This document shows positions 12,961 to 27,201 of a stretch of 64,000 nt of DNA, piece by piece (position 1 is the stretch's first letter; every line of letters starts with the position of its first letter). Below the pieces are notes generated by a model. It was not told the origin of the DNA. It worked only from the letters and a program-made list of their open reading frames with translations, and did not search any database. The position numbers and the translations under genes were made by a program. This stretch comes from Schmidtea nova (lineage: Eukaryota): the NCBI GenBank assembly GCA_044892505.1, contig CM097882.1, positions 270,816,001 to 270,880,000 of the forward strand. Reading direction: 5' to 3'.

Positions 12961-13691
12961 CACGGTGAATAATTCACAATTAAAGACGATGAAATCCTTA
13001 GAGGAACAAAAACTATTCTCCATAAAAAAGAAACTAGTACGTGTTTACAAAATAGATTATACTGTACATTATTTGTCACTTCGCAGGAATCATTATATCC
13101 AAGATATAATAGATGTAACTATCATGATAAGAATGGAAATAAAGATGGAAGATGATAACAAACTAGAACAATTTATCACTTTTTCAGAAAAGATCAAAAA
13201 CATATATTTGTTGATTTAAAGCTGAAATCTAAAGTGTTAGAAAATTAAGTATGAATAAATTAAGTTCCTAAGTGAATTCTCAATCTAATCACTCGGATTT
13301 TCTTAAGAAAATTTTCAAAGTTGTAAATAGACTATTAAAAACTAATCCATATGCAGTGACCTTCACTTTTTCCTGTTAGATATCACTGTATGTGTAGTGA
13401 TTGGCATAAAAGTTAATGGTGCGACTTCTACATTATCCCATTATCCAGTGATTTAATCACATCTGATAAGACCCTTTCCGTCTATAAAAAATATTACACA
13501 ATTAAGTTCCTATTCCCTTTATAATATTATTCGGTTCGTATCAATGGTTACGAAGAACACAGTTACAAATGTTTTAACAATTAATAAATTAGTCGATTAT
13601 CGGACTCCAAACGATAATCCGTTATAGATAAAATATGTGTTGCGTGTAAAAGATAAAAGAACAACTGTTTTTACAAATAAATTTATTGATA

Positions 13692-14978
13692 CGTGGTGCG
13701 CCCAATAAGTCGTGAGACTAATATAGAAATAATAATAGTAAAAAAATTGATACAGACATATTTAAACTTCAACATATATAGGTAAAGAAAATGTATTTTG
13801 TTTTAATAATCCATTATTGTTTAAGTATATTTTTGCGAACATTCGAAAAATGCCTCTGGAAACTTTTCAATACCGTAGCGTTATTCGCTTTCTCTTTCTG
13901 AAAGGAAAAAATAGAGAAGAGGTTCTTTTTGAACTGAAAGCTGTTTACCAACAAGAGTTCTCATCCATAGCAACAATTTATCGTTGGTTCAATTACTTTC
14001 AGAGTGGTAGAACCTCCGTGGTGGACGAAGAAAGATCTGGAAGACCCTCAAAAATTGATGAAAAAATAACGCAAAAGCTGCAGACAATCGTGCAAAACGA
14101 GAGAAAAATAACGACGAGAGCTCACAACCCGTCTAAATGTGAGCAAAGGCACTGTGCATACTCTCCTCACTGAAAGTGGTATTCGAAAACTATGTTCCCG
14201 TTTTGTGCCACGCTTCTTAACGGTGGAAATGCGACAACGACGCTTGGAATGCTGCTTGGAGAATCTGCAGATCAGGACCAATGTTGGAGACCATTTCATT
14301 GATAATATCATCACTGTGGACGAGACACCGTTATCCCTTTATGTCCCCTATTCTAAAAGAGAGTCTCAAGAATGGAAACTGCCAAAAGAAAGCAGCTCAC
14401 TAAAATGCGGTCCTCAACTTTCCACCGAAAGGCTCTCATGCTGACGGTGTTTTGGGACGCCAATGGCATTATTCTGACTGACTTTGCTGAATCCGGCGTG
14501 AACATCAATAGTTCTTACTACTCCAACATCGTGCAGCAAGCAAGGAAGGCACGACGCAAGAGCAGAGTGAGTGGTTTCTATTTTTATACGATAATGCTCC
14601 CATCCACACCAGTAGCGTTTCCATGGCCAAAATTGAGCGTTGCGGGCTCAATTTGCTTCCCCATCCACCATACAGCCCCGATTTGGCTCCCTCCGATTTT
14701 TTCCTGTTTAACCATCTTAAAAAGCATCTGCGGGGCCAGGTGTTTGCCAACAAACATGATTTGAGAGCAGCCGGGGAGAGTTTTCTGGGAGAAAACCCTC
14801 CAGAATTCTTCAAAAACGCCTTCGAAAACCTCGTTATTCGCTGGGAAAATTGTGTCAATCCAGAAGGAAATTATTTTGAGAAATGATGCCTATTTACCAT
14901 GCTTGTTCTAAATACAAAGTTTCGTGTTGATATCTTAAGTCTTTCTATTTTAGTCTCACGACTTATTGGGCGCACCAC

Positions 14979-14979
<1 letters not shown>
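13692..14979 (+). mobile_element. Full-length mariner (DD34D), 1288 bp
   Basis: Perfect TIR CGTGGTGCGCCCAATAAGTCGTGAGACTA (13692-13720 and 14951-14979), with TA TSDs at 13690-91 and 14980-81. Confidence 0.97.
13850..14886 (+). pseudogene. Mariner transposase, three single-base frameshifts
   Basis: HTH region (QYRSVIRFLF, RSGRP), RFVPRFL, TVDET, DNAPIH, YSPDLAPSDF. There are 34 residues between the second and third Asp. Confidence 0.95.

Positions 14980-14983
<4 letters not shown>

Positions 14984-15066
<83 letters not shown>
14984..15066. repeat. (TA)n microsatellite
   Basis: Direct reading. Further (TA)n tracts at ~15244-15272, ~33521-33597 and ~10488-10507. Confidence 0.95.
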
Positions 15067-15069
<3 letters not shown>

Positions 15070-15239
15070 CATAATTATCTTTTTTCACCTTTGATCTTTT
15101 TTTATTATTATTATCAATAATTCTCATAATGACTATAGATCAAAATTTTTTTTTTATATAAACAATAACACAATATTTCGGCACAGCCTTTATCAAGTGT
15201 GTATTTTGATCTATAGTCATTATGAGAATTATTGATAAT

Positions 15240-15244
<5 letters not shown>
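15066..15244 (-). repeat. Hammerhead-bearing Penelope-like pseudo-LTR repeat, copy 1 (partial fold-back, (TA)n on both sides)
   Basis: Reverse complement of TACACACTTGATAAAGGCTGTGCCGAAATATTGTGT at 15168-15203. 38-bp inverted repeat at 15105-15142 and 15207-15244. Confidence 0.75.
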
Positions 15245-15276
<32 letters not shown>

Positions 15277-18200
15277 ATTTACAATTAAAAATATATGTTT
15301 TAAAAGCACAATTGCTGCAAAGATGTGTCTAAGTTAAAAATCGGTTATTCAAACCGTCCTCAGAAATAAAGAAACAAAAGCTGGACCTAAATGGCTCAAC
15401 AGCTCCGACTAAGAGTAAGGTAATAAAATGGTAGGTTGCCATGGATTTTGCGCGATAGTAACAACCCAGAATTGGTTGTTACTTTTCCTATGAAAGTTCC
15501 CTTCTAAAATTTAGTTGTCTGAACTGAAAGAACAAGATAGTATAAATACTTTTGCTCCGTGATCGCATGTTTGTGAATAAATAAAATGTCCTCTCAACAA
15601 CGATCAATTTTCTCAATTATTGTTTCTCCAATTAAGGTCTTAAAGTTTCTATAAAAAAATTTTGTCTCTCACAAATTTTAGCAAATAAACTATTGTCCTT
15701 CTCTAATAATTTTCACGAGTAAAATATTGTCGCTTCAAACTGATTTGCAATTAGTTTAAATAGTATTTTGAAAACACACGCAGGTCTCCGCGACCAGACA
15801 TGATTAAACTCGACATATTTTATTGTGAGTTCTTTCATGCTCTAAATGCATAACTTTTTACGATTTTGAGTTTTATTTAAAAATGATGAAAATTTTTTTT
15901 TAATCGCTAAATGAATATGATTAAAATTCACATTATAATGAAAGAAAGTATTCGTTTTAAGATACCGAAATTGAGTGATGTAAAAGATTTTAACTATTTA
16001 AAAAAGAGCAATAAATATATGGAATCTACAAAACAAGAATTCCAGCACCTATTTTTGGATACAGCATTGCATCATGCTGAAAAAAATCAAAATCTATAAG
16101 AAGTGTAATATCACCTATTCTAACTGATGAAAACTACATGATTTTTCTGAATGATTGCTGAACATTCGTTAGAGAAACCAATGTACACTACAGTTTTATT
16201 CAAAAATCTGTTAAAAAGCAATCTAAGTTTATTCTCCATGGGATTAAAAACTAAATATTAAATACTGTGACTGGTTTCAAGATTCTCTTAGATATTCAAT
16301 CAACCCATAGATATTTTTGAAATAAATATATATTATAGAATATAAAAATAAAGGCAGATTAAATGTACATATACAGGATAATAAAACAATATTTTGGACA
16401 ATACATTATATAATTTAAGCCAAACCAAACCGATTATATGACATTTGATCTTTGACTTCATGTTCCATCTTTTTAATTTTTACTTTCAAGTGATTATCGT
16501 TCAGTGATGTTGAAAATGTAACTTGAAAAGACATTTGTGATTATTAATATTTCATCTAATAATATATGTGATCGTTTATATTTCATTTACTGTGCAAATT
16601 TAATATCTTGAAGATTTAATCGTCTATAATATTGTTATTAAATTTTCGGTATTTCTTTACTTTATCGGCCGTTTTTTAAATATTGTAAATATTTTCAAAT
16701 TAATAAATAAAAATTTACTTTATGTTTAAAGTTGATTGTTCTGATTATTACGGTAATTCTGTTTTAATATTCCAGGTAAGATTTTATAAAAAGAATATAC
16801 CCCGGCCTACCAAAAGTCTCCAGTCAGGCAGTTATGTACATATTGCAGTTTATAATAAACAGAAATGGAAACAAATGTCACAAACGCACACGAATACTGA
16901 ATGTCTGTAGTGCTGAGAGAGTTAGTACTTCATTATATCACCTTTCATCTGTATGTACAAGTGTGAGCCCTGGACTCACTACTACCTAATTTGTTCGTTG
17001 TATCTGTCAGCTCACAATGCTGTAGAATTATTTTTACGACGACACAAAATCGATCTTATTAGACCACTTTTAATTGATATGACGAATGTTTTGCCTATGC
17101 CGAAAAAAATTTTATACTATGATCATGAATCATTGAACCGGTGTGATTTAAGTGATTTTAGGTGTTTTATTTTTCAGTTTTTTGATGGAGCTTAATTGCA
17201 GCTATAACCCATCAGCTAGGTATTTCTGTTTAAAGTTCAGAAGAAATCATTTATTTTTAGAGATAATACGTGGAAAATCCCCGTCGGCCGGGATTGTGAA
17301 TTCGCAAATAATGTTTTAATTCTTTGTACAGGAATAAGTATTGGTGATTTGTTATTTCTTTTTATTTTGATTTTCGTAATGTAAATTAATTAAACAATTT
17401 TATTAGGTTTATATGATAATTTTTCATATTTATTTATTTAATGATTGGGTGTGTAATTTCGATGTTTGTTTCACCATTTTTACTCATTATAAGGGCAACT
17501 ACTTGAGTTGGTGCTTTGTTTTTCAAATTGAATTTATAAAATTTCCACCAATCTCACCTTGATATTCATTTAAATCGCTTTAAATGACATTGTATAACGT
17601 ACAAAAGTCTACGAGAAATTATGATCGATTTTGGCTAGATCTCTATTTATTAAATTCACATTCGTTCGTCATAATGATAAGTAATTGCATTCTCGTTATT
17701 ACACTCCTGAAATATTTCAATATAATTTTATGCTATATACTTGAATGTTCTTAATTTAAAAGAAGTTTTAATTTTTTTGAACTTTTAAAATTTTCCATTT
17801 TTATTGATTTTTACTAAGTTTTATGCTTTTTATTTTTGTATTTTACTAATTTTATTAAACCCCAACATACTTATTTTACGCGAACCTATAAAAACAAATC
17901 AAATTTTTCAATAACAACATTGCATCGACAGGGCTAAGGTTCAACTAATAACATTAATTCAATTACTGATATGCAAAATGAATACGAATCCGGAAAAGCC
18001 TGGGGCACATGTACTTTTTTTAATTATAATTTTATATTGAGATTTTTTTTACTAACTGCCTTGCTTATTATGCATAACTATACAAATTTCAGAAAATTTC
18101 TTAGGTCGTGAATAGTATTTTTGAGGATTAAATTCTCTAAGACATTATAATATTTACACAGGCAGAAATGATTAGTTAATTATCTACAAGTATCATTTTA

Positions 18201-18499
18201 GTAATAATCGAATTTAATAATTACTGTCATATACTTATCTGTAGGCCAGTGACAAATAAATTTCTTCTAATTTCAAACATTGTTGTAGCATTTGATGCAG
18301 AATTCAATTGTATGATTTTTCCCGATTATTTCATGCAATTGTCAGCAGCTGTTATAAATCAATTCTCAAACACGAACAGTTTATTGGGCTTCGTTAGAAA
18401 TTTTTGTTAGAACTCAGAAAATTTTTAATTAATGAGATTTGCTGAGGGTTTTTTCCCTGTCAATTTTAAATAAATAAAACAATCAAATAAATAGAATCA

Positions 18500-20440
18500 A
18501 ATAACAATGACAATTTTAATTATAACAGCAACGAAAACCCGCAAACTGAAAATATAAATAATTGTCCTAACCCCAAAAATTCCCTTACAATCAGTTTAGT
18601 ACTCAACTTAAAGCAAATATCCCAAATTTTTTCACAAACGAAAATGGGACACCGAAAAAATAGCTCGAATTTGCCAAACTAACATTAAGTTTATCAGGGA
18701 TTAAATCATCAAAAACAGCATGTTCCCACATAATTGCAGCACTCCCCAGCAACATAATAAACGAGATAGCCGACCGAATAGACGATATATCGAAAGATGA
18801 TGATCCTTTTGAAAACCTATACAACACTAATAAACCGAAGTAAGGTTAACGGGCTAGAACTACTCGAATCTTGCTTAAAAGACATTGAACTAGGCAATGA
18901 TAAACCCTCAGAGTTTCTGCGAAATTTAAAAGCAAAACTCGAATATCTACAACCCAAAATAACAAGAACTGGGTCAACAGAATTCATTAAGGACCTATTC
19001 ATGCGTGCAATGCTTCCAATGCTATTCTAGCAGTCAGCAATTGTACAGACCTCAAAACATTTGCAAACATTGCAGACAAAATTAACGACGAAATATACTC
19101 GACAATATGTAGAACCTACCAAAACAAAAATTACTTCCATGAAAAAGAACAAAACAAACAAAATTCTCTCAAATTTGACGAAATAATAATTGAAAATAAA
19201 AATCTGAGAAAAGATATAACAGAACTACAAAAAAGAGATTCCATAAGAACACAGTTCTACAAAAACAGTCAAAACTACTCCAGACAAAATTCAAGATCTG
19301 GAAGCCGAAACAGTTTTGACAGAAACAAAACCTGGAATAAACCACACAAAAACCAAAATCAAAACCATTGTTACTTCCACAATAAATTTGGGAATAAAGC
19401 GTATAAATGCAACAAACCCTGCTCTTTTGATAAAGAAGAGTCGGAAAACATATAAAGTCACCAATGATAGCACCGACAATTGGTGACAGTCAAACATTCA
19501 CGGTACATAGCAACAATATTGACTTTCTGGTGGATTCAGGCTCAATAATTTCATTTATAGCAAGCCACTTATACAAAAATTTAAAAATAGAAACAACAAG
19601 TTTGTGCGCACCCAACGGCAGCCCAATCAAAACATTAACATCATCGTCAACAAAATACAATATAACTGGTAATTCACTATCGCCGAAGCCAAACAAGCCA
19701 TTTTAGGAGCAGACTTCTTCTCAAAATTTAACCTACTAGTTGACTGTAAAAATAGAAGAATTATAATAAACAACTTCAACAACTCAGCCAACAAAAGCAA
19801 ACAATCAAACATACAAATTAATTGCGATATTGGAGTAATAACAACCCAGCACGGTGAAACAAAAGCAAATGAACAAAAAATAAAAACAGAAAATCAAAAC
19901 TGACAATATATACCTAACGAAATTATAAAACTCATACAAACAGTATCGAACATAACTAAAAAAACTAGCGGCAAACGACGAAACAAAATGCATAATCGAA
20001 CACGCAATAATTAGCAACGGAAATCCAGTTCACGAAAAAGTCAAACAGCTAGGCAAAAGAAAACTTGAAATAACCAAAAAAAATATTCGACGAACTGTTA
20101 GAAAAAAATCGTTAAACATTCTAACTCAAATTGGTAATCAGCCCTCATGCTTAAAGAAGAAAAAACAAATGGTGAATGGCGTGCTTGCGAAGACTACAGA
20201 GCATTAAATAGCATTACAACTGCCGATAAATACCCAATACCAATTAAAAATGACATTATCAACAGGGTCAAAAACCAAAATTATTCAGCCAAATTGACTT
20301 AGAAAAAGCATATCATCAAATTCCAGTCAGAACAGAGGACATAAAGAAAACAGCAATCATCACATCCCTAAGCCTTTTCGAATATAACAGAATGCCTTTT
20401 GATCTAAAAAACACAGCGGCAACTTTCCTACGCTTTCATT
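18500..20440 (+). mobile_element. Decayed Ty3/gypsy gag-protease-RT
   Basis: Gag ELGNDKPSEFLR, knuckle CYFHNKFGNKAYKCNKPC (~19366), protease FLVDSGS (~19521), RT motifs DYRALN..TADKYPIP, DLEKAYHQIPV, RMPFDLKNTAATF. Confidence 0.9.
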
Positions 20441-20944
20441 TGTCACCCTCCTCCCCATATGTTTAGAAAAGTCACATAAATATCCAGTTTGTAATTAATA
20501 AGTTGTTGCCCTATTTGTAATCCCATATTACTGGGATTGTTTTGTATTAATAGTTCGGTTTAATAATTATTACAATTATAAGAAATTTAAAATATATTTA
20601 AAAATTTAAAATAAAAAATTAATTAATAACCCAGGATAATAGAAAAAACTATAGAGAAAACTAGGGAAAAGACGAACAACCGAAAAATTAGAAATTAAAA
20701 GAAATTTATGCAAAATACGGAAAATTAAAAACTAAAGAAGATAAAACTTTTCTTTTAAAAATTATATAGTTTCTTCATACGTGAGTACCTGTTTGATATT
20801 TTATCGTTATTTTTTACTAATAAAATTTGTAAATTTGTTCATTATAAAATTATTATCCGATTTGTTAAACCATTCAATACATACAGCCACACAAACACAC
20901 AAGTACATAATCAACACAACATTCACCCCAGCAATCCCGTGACA
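20441..20944. mobile_element. Probable solo LTR interrupting the gypsy RT
   Basis: Begins TGTCAC and ends GTGACA (6-bp terminal IR). The RT frame stops exactly at its left edge. Only a 3-bp ATT duplication flanks it, so no clean TSD. Confidence 0.55.
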
Positions 20945-21109
20945 ATTTTTACAGGAGACTGCTGGGCTCTACAATCTTCCTCAACAACTATCATTTAATT
21001 ATCAATAGCAAGATATAACAATATACCTTTCTACATACGAATAACATTAAGTTTGTTTTACTTGATAACTTTGGGCTGCTACAATTATGGAGAAATTTGA
21101 GAATGCGTC

Positions 21110-21735
21110 TAGAATGTGCAATATCGCAGCAGCATCAAGTTTTTGTTTATGAATGAAAAAAATAGAGAAATATGTTCAGAGTTAAAAGCTACTTATGGAG
21201 ATTAGTGGTCATCACAGGCATCAATTTATCGCTGGTACAACAATTTCCAGAATGATAGAACCTCTGTAATCGACAATGACAAGTAAAGAAAACTTTTGAA
21301 ATTTGTGGAAATTACCAAAAAGCTAAAAACAATCGCAAAAAATGAAAGAAGAATTACATCCAGAGAATTAGCAATACGACAAAATGTGATTAAAAGTACC
21401 ATTTGCACTTTACTTACTACAAATGGGTTCTCATAAGGTTTTTATCACTAGAAATACAGCATCACCCTTTTATATCTGCAAGTAAAATTTGAAGATTTTT
21501 AATCGTTTTGGTGACAGTTTCTTGACTTCGTGGGTGAAACTCCACTATCACTGTTTCAGAGTCAAAGCGAGAATCCTGAGAATGGAGAGTCTTGAGAGAG
21601 CAAATTTCTGGGATGATAATGGCATTGTTTTATCTGATTTTGCCGAAAAGTGTTTGAATTTAACAGTACCTACTACTCGAACATCAAACAATGTCAGGAA
21701 GCTCGGAAGAAAAAATCGAGTATCTGAGTGAACAT
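21110..21735 (+). mobile_element. Heavily decayed mariner related to the 13.7-kb copy
   Basis: QYRSSIKF..., IYRWYNNFQNDRTSV, NERRITSREL and FWDDNGIVLSDFAE parallel the 13.85-14.9 kb transposase. Confidence 0.8.
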
Positions 21736-22004
21736 GTTACTTTGATCTAAGTAAAAATACATTTTTGTATATTAATTGAATTTTTATTATCTTACATTTT
21801 TGTTATCCATATTTGTCAAATAAACATGCATTCATTCACAAGTTAGTACATAGCTATCACCACAATTGTCGTGAACATATATTTACATAGACTCTGTTCA
21901 TCTCGAACCTTTTGTATCTACACACTCAATAAACTATAACTATTTGAGCTATAACATTAGCAAAAGTAGAAGAGAAGGGCATTTGAAAAATCTGTAAGCT
22001 TTCA

Positions 22005-22215
22005 ATGCGAAGGCATTATTCAAAGCTCACTTAGTAATTTCCGAACCTCGACTTGATCTCCAGGTTGTTAAAGATATTGACAAGTATAAACAAGAAGATG
22101 TAACTATCTCTAGTGTTGCTCTAAAAAGTTTTTTTGAACATCTTCGGTACTTTTTATAAGAATTAGCAAACGAAGTCTCTACGAAGACTAAACGCAAGAT
22201 GGGTGCCGCCTAGAA
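22005..22215 (+). mobile_element. hATm-like transposase C-terminal fragment
   Basis: PRLDLQVVKDIDKYKQEDVTISSVALKSFFEHLRY...EVSTKTKRKM resembles the hATm-type C-terminal region. Confidence 0.5.
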
Positions 22216-23031
22216 CATTCTCGGCAAAGAAGCAATGACTACTAAGGGAATCGATAAGACGCTACTATTTTATGTATACGATAATTGAAAGACTTTTCGA
22301 TATCCTTAAGAAGATTTCTTTGTTTGAGTAGGTGCAAAATGAGAGATCTCAGCTTGAGAAACACAAGTTTCAGCTTCTCGAATGTTTGCTAATTTTAAGA
22401 ATTATTTTTTACTACTTTTTTAGTTGTTGTTTTTCAAAGTTTCTCGTAAATTTTAAGTGTAAATTTTATTTAATTATAAATAATATAAATATAATAATCA
22501 ATTAAACTTAGTAATTATGTGTGTGAATTGTTTAACCAATACAATCCCCTTACTGAAATTAACGTAACATTGTTCTAGATTGCTATGCTCAAAGGATAAC
22601 ATTTGCCTGTTACACCTGCAGTCCTGTGTCATTCCTGTTTAACGCTCGTGTTTCCCTCGATTTACGTCTAAGTTTTTTCAAATTTCGACAAACATTAAAC
22701 AGATGACAATTATTAATGTGAATAAATAATATTATAAATTTCTAAACACAGTGCTGTTGCCCACGGCCGTGAGTCGTGTCAATAGGCAACAATTGATGTT
22801 TCTTGATTTTGTTATTTCGGCGAGCGGTGTATGGTCATCCGATAAGGTTACTATTCATTCTTGAATGTGTTAGTCGTTTGTATGCATTTTCCATTTTCAT
22901 ATTTAGGTAATTTTTCCATTTATTTTTTTATTTTTCGTGCTTGTTAATGTATGTGATTTTCAAGTTTCATTTTTTATTTAATTATTTACTCCAATCAAAA
23001 AATGCTAATCCAAGAAAAACTATTAATTTAA

Positions 23032-23272
23032 CCCTTTCAATACGATTTTTTTATTTTAATAATTCATGTAGACATCTAGACTGACAAAATTTTATAGAAA
23101 AGAAAAAAACAGACAGCAAACAGCAACAAAGCAGACAGGTTTAGACTTGTTTACGAGCCTATGACCATACAGTACTAAAATTCCAGATCCCAATACATTT
23201 GTAAGCATTTAAATTATTTTAGTAATTATTAGAAATTCTTTGGGACAATATGTCCCTACAGTATTGAAAGGG
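23032..23272. mobile_element. piggyBac-type MITE (241 bp)
   Basis: Perfect 12-bp TIR CCCTTTCAATAC and GTATTGAAAGGG, flanked by TTAA at 23028-31 and 23273-76. Confidence 0.88.
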
Positions 23273-24425
23273 TTAAGAAAAATGGAACCATCTGAAAAAA
23301 AAGTGAATAGACAGGTTAGTTCGTGAATTTCGCTGGCACGTGATATACCCATCACTTCATAAGATACGATAATTAAAAACCTTGAATCGATCGAAGAAAG
23401 TGTTTCACAATGTGATCCCGGGGTGGAAAACTTATAAGAACTTCGAAGTATGGAGATATGTACAAAGTTAGTTTTTTTTATTTTTAGCCTATCATTGTTT
23501 CTTCAATGACCAAAATATTCCCTCATTCAGCCTTAGAATATGAAAACGACATTTTTGAGTGAACAAATACATCAATATTAAACATTTTCTTTATTATTAG
23601 CAACATTGGCAGAGATTATATTTTGTGGAACATTTTTTAATATACTTGTTTTGTTATTGATTTATTAAATTATTAATATATTTACCGCGTCGTATTGCTT
23701 TTATTGAACAGTTCTTTAGAAAATGAGTTGAGGGATTCCATTGTAATCATATAATTAGTTATAAGAAATACTTATTTGTTATAAATCGATTATATTTATA
23801 CGTTTATTATCAAATTTGTTATAATAGTCATCATATGCCACTGTCTGACCGTCTCATTCATATCTAATTTTACGTAATTTTAATTAACATTACACACTTG
23901 ATTCTGTGTTTACGCGAATTCGAATTGCATTTTTAGCAAGAAAAATCTTTATGTGTAAATGGTTTAAAACCCATTCACTGCTATCTGTCAGACATTCTAT
24001 TATTTAAAATAATAGAATGCCTGGCAGATGACAGTGAACGTGCATGAAAGTTGCATGTTATAAAAACAAATTGTGAGGAAATCTACGACACAACTGCAAG
24101 AGATTTTCCTGATTTTATTTTACATTAGTTTAGATAAAAGTATAGCGTGGGTTTGCAGCTTGATATTAATGTTTAAAGTGGCAATACAAATTATAAAAAA
24201 CGAATAAAATATTTTTATATGTAGCTTACTAATTTTCTATAGTTTACTGTTAATTTGTAGTTTACTTTTGAAACAATTTCTATTTTAAAGTATGTATGTA
24301 CAAAAATCAAAATTTTGAGGTGAGAAAAATAAAATATTTGCGATTACCTTCACGTTTCCAAAAAAACTTCAAATATTTTTATGTGATTAGAAACTAGTAA
24401 ATCAAAAAAAAATTCTTTTTTCAAA

Positions 24426-24750
24426 TCCATGCTTTATGCGAGCAGAACTCCACTTGGCTGAGAAATTTTTTTTTGCAATTTATATTACATTTACACGCAA
24501 AATTTCTCTGAAGACACCAACACATTTACCTCTCGTCCATTGTTAAATGTATGGGGAAATTCAAATTGTTATTTAGTTAACTTAATTAACTTTTTTTGGT
24601 CAAATTTATCAATTTCCATGTATTGTCACCGGAAGTGAGCAAGTGTGCAAAATTTGAAGTGAATCGGTTGAGAGAAAAGCACTAAAAAATTGATTTGTAA
24701 TTTTGTGGCACACACATATATATAGAAAGCAACCTTATATAAAGCATGGA
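24426..24750. mobile_element. Helentron/DINE-like non-autonomous element
   Basis: 12-bp IR TCCATGCTTTAT and ATAAAGCATGGA. Internal GTGTGCAAAATTTGAAGTGAATCGG motif and short CA/TA tract typical of such elements. Confidence 0.45.
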
Positions 24751-27201
24751 AAAATAAACATAATCGGTGGTTTAGTTCAGAGTACCAATCCTAATTTGGT
24801 ATTAATTGCGTGTGAGATTATAACAATAAATTTATAAGTTTCATAATTCATTAAACGTTAATTTATAATTTCAAATGAATTCATTTATTACATGCAAATG
24901 AACTATTTTTATAGGGACCTCATTTTCCAAATAACCAAGTTAGCTAAAAAACAAACGAAAAGAAAAGCTTTTTTTTTTGGAAGTTAAAATCAAAGTTTTG
25001 GATAGACTAGCCAGAAAAGATGCCACTTCTGTAGGAGAATATTATAATAAATTGAACAGGTATAAATTAAGCATCATTTATAAGTTATAAAATTTAATCT
25101 AATTTATAAAGNNNNNNNNNNNNNNNNNNNNNNNNNNNNNNNNNNNNNNNNNNNNNNNNNNNNNNNNNNNNNNNNNNNNNNNNNNNNNNNNNNNNNNNNN
25201 NNNNNNNNNNNNNNNNNNNNNNNNNNNNNNNNNNNNNNNNNNNNNNNNNNNNNNNNNNNNNNNNNNNNNNNNNNNNNNNNNNNNNNNNNNNNNNNNNNNN
25301 NNNNNNNNNNNNNNNNNNNTTAATTTTAAAATTAACAATTTTGGACAATTAAAAGTTAAATTAGTAAGTAATAATGATAACTAATATTTCATCTAAATAA
25401 TTTAAAATTTTTTAAGCTTAACTTCATTTCTAGAATAACGCATTTTCAATGGAATAAATTAATGCCTACGGAATAAAGCAATGCTTATGAGGTAAAAAAA
25501 TTTAATATAAAATTTATAAATTTTATTAAACTTTATTTATTAAAATATTGATTAAATTATGTTAATTTATTAAATTTCATGTCATTATTTGTAAATTATA
25601 TTGAGTAATAATTATATTTTATTTAAATAGGTATTTTTGGATGATCAAGAATAAGCGACATTTACACCGAACGAGAATAAATTTAATTTAAGGTATTTCT
25701 TAAATAACTTATTTATAAATTATAGATAAGATATAGATACCAAGGTGACTATGATTAATTTATTCTATTTTTAAAATATAATGGAGTATGAAGGGTTTTT
25801 TCACCCTTTATTTATTTAATTGAAGCATGTCAGTGGTTGTGATGGACGACCGTGATCCAACCTAATGGGAGGCCATTGCGATGTTCGATAATTTTGTAAA
25901 CATTTTAAATAAATCATTCATAGGGTTTATGACGATATCTTTTGACACTTTCATGGCATATGAAAAACTACGTTGTGGATGATGTCTTGGTAGATGGCCA
26001 TGCCCAGGTAATTTCGACCCAAACTTCTGGGATTGCAGCGATTACCCTTGTGAACACGATCACTTGCCCAGCATGTATTTTAGGCACAGGCATTTACTAA
26101 CCACTCTTTACTTTATATAAATTAATAATAAATAATAATAATTTAGAAATTAACAATAACAATAATTAGAAAAATATTAATACTTGGAAAAATAGTAAAT
26201 AATAAAGATAATTAATAATAAAGCTTTAAATAAATATGTAATAATAATAATTATAATTGTTCCGGATAAATTTTAATATCTAGCTTTAAATAAAAAGGAT
26301 CGAGGACGAGATCAATGTCATATTTAAGTTTAACAATGTACAGCATTGAGTATTTTCGATGCAAATGTGTATGAGCGGGACTGTTGAGGGATCTAGAGAG
26401 ACTAGAATAATGAACACCATACAATAGAGCCCAATCATGAGTGCTTATTACAAATGAACTGAAAGAAAAATTTCTCATTAAATAATCATTTAAATTAGTT
26501 CGTAGATAATCAAAATACTACTTAAGAAAATCATATTTTTTCTCCATTATCTTTATTAAATTATTTTCATCTATCAAATTCTGATAATGCGAAAATAGAG
26601 CGATACAAATCGTCATTTTGTAAAAACCATTCCAAATTAACTGGGTCTAAAAATCTCTCAAGACCTTTATTTCTTTCTGGACAAATTAATGAACTTGATG
26701 ATTTGATTACATCATCGTTTGGGGTTTTTCGTGATTTTATATAAATAGCACAATTTAAAATTGAGAAAATTTCAGCGAAAATTAATTTTTTATTAAATCT
26801 CCAGTTTCAAAAAATACTGAATTCAAAATCAACTCAACACAACACTATATAACAATAGCACTATATAACACTCAGCGAAAATTTGATTTAAAAAAGCAAC
26901 CAATCCAATTGGTCACAACAAAGAAGAATCACCAACCAACTGGATACACACCAATTTTTATTGGTAAACACAAAGAAAAATACACCAAAAAACTCCGACA
27001 GACCTCAACACACACTATCCATCACATTCAATGCAAAGTCTTTCAAAAAACATTACAAGCGATCAAATCCACAACAATAATAATAATACATTGAAAAAAT
27101 AGTAATTAAAAAAATTTTTGAATAATTAATAATAATATTAAAGATTTAAAGAAACATGTAATAAAAAAATTATTAATTAAAATTATAATTATAATAATAT
27201 G

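Noticed and set aside
14899-15120. ORFs with IYIYIY runs (also 33463-33666)
   Set aside because: These are translations of (TA)n microsatellites.
16120-16150. Additional hammerheads at other CTGATGA/CTGAAGA sites (also 9462 and 53745)
   Set aside because: No stem II followed by GAAA and a UH cleavage site. Some lie within coding remnants.
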